Below, in pieces: positions 28,401 through 45,195 of a stretch of 64,000 nt of DNA. The DNA comes from Neoechinorhynchus agilis. Lineage: Eukaryota > Animalia > Acanthocephala. How positions within the stretch are numbered: position 1 is the first letter of the stretch; each line of letters opens with the position of its first letter. Below the pieces are notes generated by a model. The model had not been told where the DNA came from, did not search any database, and was given only the letters and a program-made list of their open reading frames with translations. Both the position numbers and the translations under genes were made by a program. The stretch is from positions 15,168,784-15,232,783 of the forward strand of contig CM121341.1 in NCBI GenBank assembly GCA_051530055.1. Reading direction: 5' to 3'.

Positions 28401-31400
28401 AATTCTTACTGGAAGATTCCTCAACCATTAATTGATTTTCAAAATATTAAAATAAATAATCGTAGTTTTCAGGGACGTTACAAAACTAAACTATTTTTTA
28501 AATTTAATATTTTTTAGTATCTTGAATTTGGGCCAAGAATTTTTATTCGAGTAACTTTTTTAAAGTAATAAAATGCTTATGCAGAATTCACGACGCTGCA
28601 AATCCTAATTTTTGCATTTAATCTTTTTTGATTGTGTAATAAGAGATTCCTGGGCTACCAACTGTTTTAAATTTTTATGGGTGTTATAAGAAACAGTTAG
28701 GCCTTTCATTAGTTTGCTGTGCCGGTTGATTATTTTCGTATTGAATTAAAAATTTGCTTTCAATTTCAGGAATTACATATATTGCTCACGGATAAGAATT
28801 AAAACTTGCCATGAAGTTAATCTGACTTTTGGCATTCTTTGTTCACTAAATACTTTTAAAATAATCAACTTAGACGAAAACTCGGTTAGTGTCCATTAGC
28901 GGAGAATTCATAAAGATGTAGAGCGGTCACAAAATCACACTTCGCTGGATAACTATATAATGTTTTTGCCTAGCGCATTCACTAACAACAACTTGCATTT
29001 CCCAATTATTTTTAAGAAATTCATACGAGAACGGAATAAAAAATGTCTCGTTTGCCTCGCAGATATAAAGTAGAATTTAATTGAATAACTTGAACCTGCA
29101 GCATAAAAAAGATAATATCGCAAAAATTCTGTATAAAGAAGCATGTGCGTTTTTCCTGGTTTTCGGATTCCAGGTTATGCGAGTGGATCTCAATGTTTTT
29201 GCAGCATTCCGATAGCGAATCAAGCACGTCATCGACTATATTTCTTGGACCTAAAATACCATGTCCAATAAAGTAAGATATTAATTTTTAAATCATTCAT
29301 CTAATAGCAATAATCTTCAATCCAAGGTAAGAATTTAAAAATCACTAAAAAATCTAGATGTCAAAAAATTGAACATTGTCAAAAACGCTCCACGCGCTTA
29401 TTGATGTGCAACTGAACAGTGGTCGCTTATTTGAACTTTACTATTTTATGGGGTACTAGATAAAAAGAATAATTTCGTTTAGTGAAAATATCTTGATCTT
29501 TAATTTTTCAATATCTCCTTCGATTCAAAATGCTGTTATTCTAGAGAAGTTTAATACTAGTGAATTTAAACTTACAATTTGGATGATCAATTACCTTCAC
29601 CCTTGGTATGCCCTCAGCTACAATTGCTATCAACATTCCTCTCTTTTTAGGCTGCGCCTAAATTACCGCGAAGTGACATTTCGAATTCTTGTCTTCATCA
29701 ACTTGATTTTTCGAAGCGTGTAGTCAAAAGAAACTGACAGTGTTAACTTACCTTTGGGAAATAACCTACGATTTGTATGTCTTAGAATTGTGATGGGATG
29801 ATTTATCGTATTATTGTTTTGACAACTCTCAATTTTGCCAACCATAGTACATTAGCTTCAGCCAATTATTGCAAGAAGCTGCTTCGTTCTAAAGAATACT
29901 TAATAGGATTAAAAATACTTCCAAACCCGTCTTTTAATTTCATGAAATCTAAATGCATTTTTTGAAGGTCGTCGCAATAATGGCAGGTTATAATATTTTG
30001 AAAAGGCAAATTTTTCACGCTTTAGAAATTGACTAAGTGGATTTTTCTATAATTACAAACGATCAATATGTTAAAAATTTCGTACTGGACCAAAACATAC
30101 TAGTAATTATGGTCATCTCCTTGAGGAAGCATAACCATAAAGGACCAAGTACCGCTGAAAGGAGGAAACTCACTGATGAGTCCCGCCTCCGGAGGGATGT
30201 ACAAAACTCATTACCGTATGTATCAAAGTTTAAGTGATTTTATGCGCTTCCCTGATGCAAGATATCGGCGGGCTGTTCTAAATTCCCACATTCCATTTAG
30301 ATCTTTCTTCACACTTTTCCTCACTAAAAGATTGAAATTTCTTTATGTACATTCTGAGACCGAAATGGATAAATCATTACTTTATATTTCTGACTACCGA
30401 TCAAACTAGTAACTTGTCATTGTGCATAGAAATTCAATTAAAAACATAAAGAACCTCCACTTTCGAGTAGCTTAAGGCTTATTATTTTTCGTCATTCGTG
30501 ACTTAAATCCCGTAAACAAAATTACGTAAGTTATTTTTGTGAGCTCAATTAATTTTTCTACACAAAAGCCTTGGGTGTTTTGTTTTAGACTCTATGGTCC
30601 AAGCCAAAAAAGCACATTTTTTACCCAAGCGAAAAAAATTTACCCGAAAAACAAACCTAACTACAACGGTATATGAACTTAAATGTAGTATATAAGGACG
30701 AGAATTCAACCCAAAAACTTACAATCCATTTTTACCCGGCAAGTCTCAACAAACTTGATCCTTGAGATATAACTTGGGTAAGCTACTCTTATAATCCTCT
30801 ATAATTCTTTTGCCTTTAAACTAAAAACTGAAGACTGTGAGTTAATATTGACATTTTGGAACAAGAGTTGTAAGCCCTTTAGTGTGCCCGATATTTTAGT
30901 CGGGGCATTCGCAGTACAAATTTAGGCTGAAATACAGTCTTGTTTCGTAAAATAGTCATTCCCCGTTTTATTTAGTTCGTTTTATAGAAATCTGTGCTTT
31001 ACAGACTGCAATTTAAAGTAAATCTCTTCAAATATCAAGTTTATTTTGGAACAAAAGCGGCCATATTTATTTGAAATGAATGGGATTTAGGGAATGATTT
31101 TACCCAAAAGAGCTCAGAATCAATGGATTATTGCGTATTTTCCATATAAAATATTCACTACTCGAGCGACTGCTATGGTGTTTCATTCTTTTACACTCCT
31201 TATTAACTGTTCCGAGTGTCCTATGAACATTTTATACCCGAAATATTTGCTCCGTTTGTGGTGTTTAACTACGCTAAATCTATTGCGTCTCGCTCGAAGG
31301 CTTCACGAGACTTTTGCGAGTGAAAAGACAATTAGGTTGAATCTTTCTTTAAGGTTGAGGTCGGCGTACATGCAGCTTTTTACGTTATTTTCAGTCATCC

Positions 31401-32382
31401 ATCTATGATAATATCGATTCATCGTTTCCGAAAAAAATGCTGAAGATTAGAATCGTAGATTGTAGTGGTTTTGTCTTACAAGCTTCGTGATTACTCATCC
31501 CTTGTTTCCTTTAGAGAGAGAAAAATGAGATCAACGACTTCGTTTATAAATGTAAAAATGCGGTCCAGACCCACATTGCTATTAAGATCTTCTAATAGTC
31601 TACCAAAAGCCTTTTAAACTTAGTACTCATAGAGTTGTTACAAGAAGTTCTGGAACTGCAAGGAAATTAAGTTCCAAATGACCTTTGAATCTCTTTTATT
31701 TAGTTATTGGGGTTTACAGACTATGTCGAAAATTGCTTTTAAGAAATATTTTATTGTGCAATTTTAGATTTCGCCACACTGACTCGTGAACTCGTTATAA
31801 GAAATGAAATATATTTTTTGCTTGGTGATTGGGAAAGTACAGATTAATTTTTTAATTTAAATTTTTCGTCCTCCACGCCGGACTTCAGGTTGTTTTCGTA
31901 AAAAATACATTGCGTAATGAATATGAAGAAGTCCGACGAGACGGACGAAATATTTAAATCATAAAATTAATCTCTATTTTCTTAATCACCAAACAAAATA
32001 TAACCATCAACAACTTTTTTTACAATTCTAATCCGCTGTAGCATTTCTTTTTGCCCATGTAAAATTTTTTTCGTCATTCAATATTTTATCAGATTGACAT
32101 TTTCATAAATTTTGTTGTCAAAAATGTAGATGTTCATAAACTTTGAAAGGTGACAGTTCGTCTTTAATTGAGAAATAGTGAAAGACGTCTCATGGAGTGG
32201 TACTAACCCGAAAACTCACCAAATTTCCATTGTTCTAAGAACTAGCGACGTAAGATTGTTCTGACGTATCCGTTCTTTTGTCAACCTCCAGCGTTATTCT
32301 TTCTCTTCTGTTAATATCCTTTGTTGTTTTTTTAATACTCACAAACAATCAAGGTCGACCTATTTATTTTTAATATTTAATG

Positions 32383-32750
32383 TACAGTGGTTTCTGGGGT
32401 TAATCGGATAATCTTTTTGGTCTTAATAGCCGGTTACTTTACCTCATTGAACAATTTTAGTCTTTAAATATGGTCGATTCCGGGATTAATCGAAGCGCAT
32501 CGGGACGCTATCTTTTTTGTCCGCGTAATTTGCTGATATTAATAGCCGGTTACTTGACTGCATTGAACAATTTTAGTTTTTAAATACGGTCGACTCCGAG
32601 ATTAATCGAACCGCTTCGGGACGCGATCTTTTGGGTCCTCGTATTTGGCTGATATTAATAACCGGTTACTTGACCACATGAACAATTTTAGTATTTAAAT
32701 ACAGTCGATTCCGAGATTAATCGAATTGCATTCGGACGCAATTTTTTTTA
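32383..32750. mobile_element. MITE-like element with ~3 internal tandem ~121-bp units, upstream of NEDD4
   Basis: Starts TA-CAGTGG; unit TTAATA(G/A)CCGGTTACTT...TGAACAATTTTAG...GTCGA.TCCG.GATTAATCGAA repeats three times. Confidence 0.55.
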
Positions 32751-32866
32751 CTGATTCCGGTCGTGCCATTTGGAGCAACTCGTATTGTTTGCGTGCCACG
32801 CAGCGCCTCATTAGGCTGTCCTTTCCTTCATTTTCTAGATTTTAACGAGTTAACGAGTTCGTTTGA

Positions 32867-35729
<2,863 letters not shown>

Positions 35730-38700
35730 ATAAACGGTGCTGAATGAGATTGAATGTAAAGGTAGGTGAGGGATTTTTAATGTTGTTTGCCAAAGGGAAG
35801 GTATTTCCTATTAAAATCACCGCAAATAAGAGAATCGGATTGTATAATTCTCTAAAGACATCCACCAATTTTTATTAATCGCATCGGTCGCGATGTGAAC
35901 TTCAAGTACCATTGAAATTTGATTTTAAAAATCTCCCTTATATCCCATTGATTTTCACAAAACAATCCAATACAAATTAATCAAAAAATTGGGTTACGGT
36001 GTCTTCAATATAGCTCGATACCATTGCGTAGATTTTGCGCTTTCGGTGAAGTTCCTAAGCAGTTTTCTCCATACAATGCTGAGGAAAGCTTTCTGCGAAA
36101 TCGTTTTATATTGAAAAATCAGAAAATTCTGATCTTTTCTAAATTGTCCGCATTGAATCTTTAGAATGTTTAAAAAATGGAGCAGCAATTTTTACCCAGA
36201 GCGCTGTACATATACAATCCTGATGCTTTTCTCGACATAGGACCCAAGGTACAGATGATCCAAAGGTACACGGGCCCCATTCTTTGTGTATTAATAAATG
36301 AACGTGTCATTATTCTAAATTTAGTCATCGGTAAGGCAGCTACTTTCTCTGGATCCTTTAATTGACATTTTTAGTAACCATGTTTCCTTTGATGAATAAC
36401 CGCTGAAGTTGATTATAAGTTCTATATTTCAATTATAATTTTTCGACAGTACGAAAAATCTTATTTGGCATTTCTTCAAAAGTACATTGTGAACTTGAAT
36501 TACAAAGACTCTTTCTTACGCTTTATTTTCTAAAAATGAGGATTTTCAAGTTTGAGGATTATGTTTTATTCTATAAAAATCTATTTCTCCGTAAATCCAG
36601 CGCAACAGAGATTTATAAATGCAATTTACTACCCAGTAAATCTTGCATTGAATCCAAACATTAGCTCATATTCCCAAGTACTTGAGGATCCATAAATGTC
36701 GCTCTATAAGTAAGCACAAGCTTAAAATTGAATTTAAACTGTATACTCATTATAGTACACATTTCGAGTGGATTTCGTTGAATCTTAAATAGAAAAATTT
36801 CTATGTAGCTACGAAAACTCGTTAAAATTCGAAAGCCATTTGTAAAATTTCACGAAATATTGATGAACTTTATTCACAAGTTCTTAGTAAAATTAATTGC
36901 GTATTATCTGCCGCCTTGATGAGTGTCTCTTAAGCAGCAGTAGAGAAAAACTTACGGTTTTCAATTGCTAGTCTTAATGAATTATAAAAACCGAAGTTTT
37001 TTCAGAAGGCACAATAAAGACTAAATAAAACTAGTAATTACGCACCTAATTTTTATCGATTAATGTGATTTTTCCCCAATTTAACCGCTAAACCGAATAT
37101 TATCATTTCATTGCTCTTTTTAAAAGTCAATGTGCTAGCATTAAAGGAAATAATTATGGTTGATTGCCCAAGGAATCGGAAGGAAAGTGACAAAACTCCG
37201 GAAATTACATATTTTTCTAACTCAGACATCAGTAATTGAATGTTTCGACAACTTGATCCTCTAGGTTGAACCAACGGTCAAAATCAAAAAGGTGTTCACC
37301 AAAGTGGGACTTTGAGTTGCTTAAAGTCTTTTGCTTGCAATTATAAACTTGATAAAATACAATTTTATAGATTGTTGAAGTGCGATCTTTGTCTCTTTAC
37401 GAACTTGATGGGTTTTCTTGGATCGGCTTGCCAGTAAAAACTTAAAGTAGAATTTCTTGGATAATGTACAAAAGTGCTTTTTTTGTGGGAAAAATAATCG
37501 TTTTCCATGGATTTTCTGCTTGCGAATTGATTTAAATACTGAAGAAAAAATGGAGAACGCGGCAGCATTTGGGTCGCCGAATCATATCCAATCGATACTT
37601 TTTCATGATGAATCTCTTAAATTCGTTGCTGAAAGTAATGTTACAGCGTGGAATTAAGTATCGCGTATATTAGTCTCGAATCCCTTTAAGAACTAGATAA
37701 TGGCACGGAAACGTGTAGAATATTTTAAGTCCATGGGGAAAATGTATTATGATTTATGGATAGACCATTATATGTAATGGATTTTGACGCTGCGCAAAAT
37801 CTGCGCGGGTTTCTTGTAGTTCAACAACATGCGTTATTTTATCCTACTAACGATATTTTTTCATTCTTCTAAACTTCAAAAAGTGCCAAATCGTTCTTTT
37901 TTGTTTCTAACTTTGTGCATATTCATCAAACGGCTCAATGCTCTTTCAATCGTGGCTATTTCTGTGAAAACATTTAGGAAACGACAATGAAATGATCATT
38001 TTTGTTTTAAAGCGCATTTTGGATGATTTACTAAAAAATTGGATCATAGAATGCGACTCATTAATGAATGCATGACTTCACAATCATTATGGTAATTTTG
38101 TGTGAAAGTGTTCGACAATAATTTGCGTCTGTAGCGTGTTAATAAGCTTGACGTCAATTGCCAATCTTAAAATGCGTTTTGGTACAATTCTTTGTTTCAC
38201 AATAGCTATTACAAACTGTGGAGATTTAAGCGCGCAGTAACACTAAATCTCGTTCTTAAGTTTTCTAGAAATGTTTATAATTATTCGTTTTATAAGACAG
38301 TTGCTCCGTGGTGGACTCTAGTATTTTGGCTCGTATTTTTTAAATAGTAAAACAATTTTTGTTTATTTGGTTTCGAATTTCATCGCAGATTCTGTATAAT
38401 TTAAAGTTTAAGCAAAATTTTTAATCTTTTGGGATTTAGTATTAAAGCAAATCCCATTAAAGCTTTATTAATTTTTTCTTGTCGTCCGCAATACTGTAAA
38501 GACTTTAAGTACTTTTAAAAGGTCGTCCGGCGAGATCCGCCTCAGTCTAATGAAATCCAAAGTTTCAACCCCGTCTAATTTTTTACGCCTTGCATAATTT
38601 CCTCTCTTGACAGAATATGACTCACAAACACATAGTGTTCCTCCACACGGCGGTGGCGTCGACTTCGTATAATAACGAAGCCAGATATTCCGCAAGTCGA

Positions 38701-38954
38701 AACTGCGTCCTTTTATCTCGAGTTCGGGTAACTTTCTAAGAGAATATTCCGATTGAAACCTAAACTTTGCAACATTCATTTCCTTTATCCTATCAATCTG
38801 AACGACGTCGCCCTTTTCGCTTCAGAAACTATACCCTCCCCCCACATTTGCACGCCCACATTTACAGCGCTTAATGTACCCGTCGCATCAGCATCCTTTC
38901 CAACATCGCTGCTTTCCTTATTTTTGAGTCTTCGTTGAAACATCAGCAACCAGA

Positions 38955-40316
38955 ATGGAGCTTCGTCAATTTCGGCAACCTTACTACTTCATCAATTTCA
39001 TTCTCGCTCTCACTTATTTGATTCTTCGAGTAATAAACGCCTTTCTCACTCTTGAAACACGAGATCAGTACAGTATATTCAAGGACGACGGACGAGGAGC
39101 AATGTTCAGTTCAAGCGAACAACGTGTTATTATGTTCATTTCCATTGCACTTGTGTTTAAAGCCAAAAAGGCACTCACACTCAGTGAGTACGTTGGAACG
39201 GTAATGATGTACGCAAAAATTGCCAATATTATCATGTTCGCTCAAAACACCAAACAGCCTTTCCTTCTCGCCAGCATTTATCGAGTCCGTGGATTTGATT
39301 CAGGACGCGGGTTATTAATTTTAAGTTGAACATACTTTTTCTTGTAATTCTATCACCCCCGGAGATTTAAATTCACTGATGATTTATTTCCGATTTTTAG
39401 CTGAGGATAATTCCGATATTTTCATAAGGTTTGTCATTTTTTCGCAACCTATTTTGTTGCCGACGTAAATATCAGGAAAATAAATCATTTGTGAAGTTAA
39501 ATCCCCGGGGGTGGCAAAACTAAGAAAAAGGAAGTATCTTTTCCACCCAAGGACAATATTCCAAGACATTAAATTTTTTATTCGCGTTAATTTTTGCTTT
39601 TTTTGGTTCATGGTAAATAACTATTGAAAACTAAAAAATTTCTCTCAGTCATTAGCTTTCGTTTTGATTATATTTGAGAAACCTTTTTGCTAAAAGCGAG
39701 TTTGTCCAGGATTGAAAACTCCCGAGTACTTGTGATCACTGTTTTCATCAATGATTAAATATAGAGTCTTTTTTCTTAAAAAGCCAGTACAAATCCATCG
39801 ATGTACGCATGTATTGTTCTGTCAGTGTACTTTCTCTTCCCAGAAAGAGCAGTGGATCCTGCATCTACTCAAATGATTCGTTGTTCACTAAGCCAATTTC
39901 TAAGTGAATATAAATCGATCGATCTAAAGAACGAACGCCGAAGTCAACCGTGGACTCTTGCCTTCTTCACTGCTAATTGGTCACGCAATTGTGCAAATTT
40001 CTGGCCAATTTTCAATCAACTCGCCAATAAGTACGGAGACCGAATCCGATTTCTTTGTGTCGATGTCGGTGTTGCAGGACGTAATTCAGACAGAGATATT
40101 CTAAAGAATGAATTTGAAATCGATACCAATACCTTAGTTGAACACATACCAGCACTTTTGTTACTTGATATCGATTCGAAGATTCGCGGAAGGATTGTAT
40201 ACAAGGAGAAATATATTTCAAAGAATTATGTACTATCAGAACGCAATGTTACATCGGATCTTCATTTGATAGATGTCTACCGTCAAGCAAAACCATTATT
40301 TTCCAGGAAAAATTAG
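38955..40316 (+). CDS. TMX2: Thioredoxin-related transmembrane protein 2, two exons
   Basis: PYYFINFIL N-terminus, KIANIIMF, TM segment, atypical thioredoxin site FFTANWSRNCANFWPIF, FLCVDVG, dibasic C-terminus SRKN. Confidence 0.8.
39281..39805 (+). other. Non-canonical stem-bounded intron of TMX2 (525 nt)
   Basis: TATCGA (39279-84) plus TGGATTTG (39290-97) pair with CAAATCCA-TCGATG (39790-39803). Removal gives ATT TA|C GCA = LLASI-YACIVL, a continuous TM helix. TA on both sides. Confidence 0.65.
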
Positions 40317-42225
40317 TATTTGCACTATTAATCATCAGTTTTTAAGTCGTCAAAAAAGTAGCAAAAACCGTGCATTGGAAAGCGGCAACAAAAAATGATA
40401 AATTCTTGTTTGGAGTGTTCACACGGGCATTCAACTTATTCAAAATTTTATTGTAGTCACAAAAAGAGCACTTAAGAAGTGAACAGAAAAATATTGAGAA
40501 AAAAAGTATAAGTGAAATCCCAATTCGATTTTTAAGCTATATGTGCAAATATCGTCAAAAAACTACGTAATTTCAAGAATAAAATTTCTATTTTTGACGT
40601 CTGGCAAGCCAGTAACTTTTGAGTATTTATCTATGTGTGGGCCTGGTTCACAGCTGATAATTTTCCTTTGGCACACAACCCATCGATCTGGTTCATAGAA
40701 GCGCATAAAATCACTTAATACTCTGAACCATACGGTTATGAGTTTTGTATATCCCTCCGGATCCTCAGATACCTTCGGAGGAGGCGGGACTCATCAGTGT
40801 TTCCTCCCATCATCGGTATTTTGTCTACTTTGGTTGTGCGTCATCGGCGATAACCGATTCGAACACTTTGATCCTGACTTGGATCAGGAGCATTAGTCCA
40901 CATGACCACCTCGGCGGGAGTGAAATACGGTTATAATCCATCTCTAATATTCTATGTTAATCATGGAGGCTTGTATGTCTCCGCGAAAAAAAGAAATAAA
41001 AAATTAGATATTCTAACGAATCCTTTGAATACTTTACAAACTGATTCCCATAATTTTCTTTTCTCTCCTTGCCTTTCTTGTAATTTATCAATTTAAAAAA
41101 TTATGGGATAAATCGTTGGATTTTGAATGTCTTTGCAAACAAAAACACGATTCGTCAAGAAAAATTATAAATACTGATAAAAAATTAGACGTGCCAATGC
41201 ATCGTTTTGAAAATTTACAAACCAATTCCTATGACATTCCCTTCGATCTTTGCTTTAATGGTGATAAATCGGTGTCAAAAATTATGGGATTATTCGTGAG
41301 GGTTTGTATGTCTTTGCGAACACGATCGTTTCTTATTTACACGTTTGTTTTTTGCTAAGCATCGGTCAAATAGGTGCGCTTAACGAACCAATGAGTATCG
41401 TCGTTCATATGAGCCATTGGCTATTTTTCAATCATTTTATTTTCAAATCGATTTAGCAGTGATATCCACTCGTGCATAGTGAAGGATTTTCTTCGCTAAA
41501 CACAATGAACCCATCGATGAGCCTGGAAAAATCACGGGAAATGGTTGTACCGATGTCGAAACTTGTCATCGCAGATTGGAGGAACCAATGAAACAGCACT
41601 AATAAATGACATGTGCAATGTATAGGCATATATCAGTGGAATTTCCAATGCAGCACAATGGGAGAAATCCTTTGAAATATTATATAAAGTTTTGAATTAC
41701 GGTGAACATAATCCCGGTTAAAGATTCTTTTATTATTATGAAATATTTTGCGATACCATCTAGAAGGATATTGATATGATTATTATATAAAGATGGTAGC
41801 ATAAGACTAAAATCAGCTGAAGCACTCACGGAATACAACTAATTCCGAAACGTCTTTCAATTTACCTTTCTGGTAATTACGAAAATGTACTCCAGATTTA
41901 TTATGGCAAAATTGGATGCAAAAGAAAAGTACGGATTCTTAAGTACCATTAAAACATAACGTTGTCCGTAAATAAAGAAAAACGTCAAAAGATAGAATAC
42001 ATTTTTGCAACGATATCAACAAAATGTAATTATATACCAAGGAGATAATCTTTCTAACGTTTGAACAAGCTTTTACACAAACGAGTGTTCGCTTCGTGTG
42101 CTTCTTTCTAAACGCTCTCACTAAATTACCTTTTCAAATTGGAAATTGAGGCCAGAGAAACCGGTTACCATTCAATAGCTGATTTTTTTAGAAACAAATA
42201 TTTCACTACGCTATGCTAAAATGAA

Positions 42226-43400
42226 ATGAAGAGCGAGAGAAATAATCTTTTAAAATGCGCTACTCATTCCAAAAAGTGGTGGAATATTATTTTAAACAAA
42301 AAATTTGTGGATTGGAAATCAAAAGTGGCTTCATTGATTGAAAGTGCCTCATATCCAGAAGTTGTCAGATCTATTTTAAATTTCCACATGGGCGAGATAC
42401 GCCTTGACCTATATTTGAGACCAATCAATTTTAATGATAATATTGAAGAAACCGATTATTTTACATGCGTTGAAGATTTTATTAAAGCGTCGTCAGTGGG
42501 TAGATCATGGGCTCACAATACGTTCTCTACACCGCCGGCTATTTTTAAATTAATAAATGACGATATTAAAGTGAGTTTAATCTCAGAAATATTTTTTAAC
42601 TTAAGAATTTAAAGTCAAAATGTAGTTTCATGCCGAAATCTGGCGCTAAACGGATCACTCGACCAAAAGATTTACGACCCATATCTCTTCAGGATCTACT
42701 GATCTCAGTAATTGAACGCGCAATTACATACGAAATTGATCGAGGGCCTACGTTTTTTAAAGTTCCAAAAAAGCTCATCTATCACATTATGATCTTACTA
42801 GAAATCAAGGGAGTTTTCTTTGATCTTGATAAGGATAGGAGAATTTTTTACCGTATACATGGAGTTCCTCAAGGGTCGCCTATCTCCCCATTTTATTTGT
42901 TATTAGTTTGGATTTTTTATTTTAGTGTTTTAAGTTAAAAAGTGGATCCAAATTATTTATGCGGATGACATATCACTTTTCTTTTCAGAGAAATTTTTAC
43001 GAAATATCCCTGAAACAATTAAGAAATGATTAAGTGAGATCGAAAAGTTTTTACGTAAAGCTCATTTGTCTCTCAATTTACAAAAATGTTTTATAGTTCC
43101 TAATAACCGAAAAAAGGATACAAATATCAGGATCTCTACTCTCTTATCCAATCTCACAGATGTACCCACAGTGGTTCAAAATAGTAAACTGCTTCAGATG
43201 CAAATTCCCTTACTAACTTACATTAAGTATGAGAGTTTGGAAGGATCCGAAGCGTTATTAAAAGAGTCAAATGCGTGGTCAAGAGGGCCAAGCGATTGGG
43301 ACTAAACCAGCGATTCATCGTTAACATAACTAAGACTCTTATTTTTAGTACCATTTGATTTTTTGCAAAGGGAAGACCGCTGGAGCAGAGGCGAAACATG
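42226..43400 (+). pseudogene. Degenerate non-LTR-type reverse transcriptase
   Basis: PKDLRPISL, GVPQGSPISP, IYADDI (~42955), with stops, frameshifts and apparent loss of the motif-A region. Confidence 0.75.
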
Positions 43401-43874
43401 TTTTATAAATTTTTACCAAATATTAAGAACATTAAATTTTTATCTTATGATTCTACGAACATGTTAATTAAAAAGCTTGCTATATTCTTTCTGTCTAAAA
43501 TATGGTTCTATAATTGAAAATATACTTTCGTTAAACTTTTTTTTAACGCTCAAAATCTAATGTTCTTGCGATTTCAGGAAGGTAAATCTGATATTACAAT
43601 TACTCGAGAAATTTTATTACAGGATTCTTTAAAAACAAACATGTATTATTTTTTAGAAAACTGTATATTTCCTTACACTCGAGGTAAGCTGCCGTAATGT
43701 TGCTATAATTCCATTTAGGAAATTATAAAACATAAAGCAATGACAAATCTTAGATAATCGATCAGACTTGCGCAAAAACACTTTGGTGTGCGCAATGGGT
43801 TTGATCACTTTTTATGTGGAATGTTCTGGAGTTAATGAATGGTCTCTGAATTAAAACTTCACGTGTGTATAGTC

Positions 43875-45195
43875 TCAGTGTAAATAAATAAACATTGCAA
43901 ATAGCGAACCTGTCAACCCGAGTCTATTAGATAAAACATAAAAATGACAACAATCAAAAACCTTTTTAGGTGATTGAGAAGGCGAGGTTTCCTCGCGAAA
44001 TATTTCAGAAGAAGGAGTATCTTCACCACAAGTCAAAATTTTATGAAATGTTTCTTTCTTCAGACTTCGTACCTGATACTTGTAATTTCTTTGAAATATT
44101 TCGCTGATTTTATCTCTTACAAATAATTCTTTGAAGTCGAAATTCGATAGGTTCGTTCTAATATCGAATCGAACTGGTAAATTTTTGTTATTTATTTGGT
44201 GGAGATGCTCTATACAACAACAAACTGAAGGGGCTCCAGAAGTGTTTGTAATTGGGCTTAGGATGGTTTTTGCTCGCTTGGTAGTCAAGTTTGCTTTCCG
44301 CAAGATATTGTCCGGCTGTTGCCTTAAGTTTTTGGTCGTATCGATCAGTGATTTTGCGGTTTTTGTATGTGCCATGACAAATAGATCATCCGCATATACG
44401 AATACATGGGCATTCAATCCCGTTTTGAACTTTTTTTAGCAGGTTAGACATACCAATCAGGAAAAGGGTAGATGAAAGGGGGGATTCCTGAGGCATTCCA
44501 TATTTAGAGAAGAATCTCTTTCCCTGTTGGATTCTGTATAATATGATTTTGCCTCAGATAGTAAAATGATTTTATCCAGGATGTACTTCGGGCATTAATT
44601 AATATGGATGACACTAACGGGTAGATTAATTCCTTTTGCTCGGGCTCTTGACAGAATTGCTGCTTTGACAGCGTCATCTGGGAACTTCTCATATAACCCA
44701 ATCAATAAGGCAATCATTTATGGGTCGGCGACCAATAGAAGGTAACGCTTCATCAGAAGTTGCGTTCTATTATGTAGTAGATCTTCTCGAAGCGGATGCG
44801 TTTGTTTTATAAGCATGCAGTCTTTGAGCTGCACTCGTCTCAAGGCGGCAATCGCTGAGAACACAGTTGCCGATGCAAGCTTTGATTTTAACCACATTTG
44901 CTTAAACTGCGTATCTGCGGTAGCGTCAAGGGTGTACATACTCTGCAATGGCCATCGTTTCGAGTATCTTCACAACTGGATTGGTTACGTTGTTCTCACG
45001 TTTTGACGCTGAACTGAGAAATGGAAGGAGTAGTGGCAGATCAGGTAGATAGCGTAGTGTATAAGAATGCGTTCTTTGAATTTTATAGGAAAGTGATTCT
45101 TGACTAGTCAAAGTCATCTTCCTCGTTATCTTTTTTGCAGCCTCCTTTGATTGTTTAGACGCAAGGATACCTCGGTGGCTTCGACCTTGTGTCAT
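43875..45195 (-). pseudogene. Second degenerate reverse transcriptase, convergent with the first
   Basis: GMPQESPLSSTLF (~44500-44460) and VFVYADDLFV; fragmented frames. Confidence 0.7.

Noticed and set aside
38468-38945. Two offset minus-strand ORFs divergent from TMX2
   Set aside because: Could be a small gene, but there is no recognisable domain, convincing splice pair or terminal stem.
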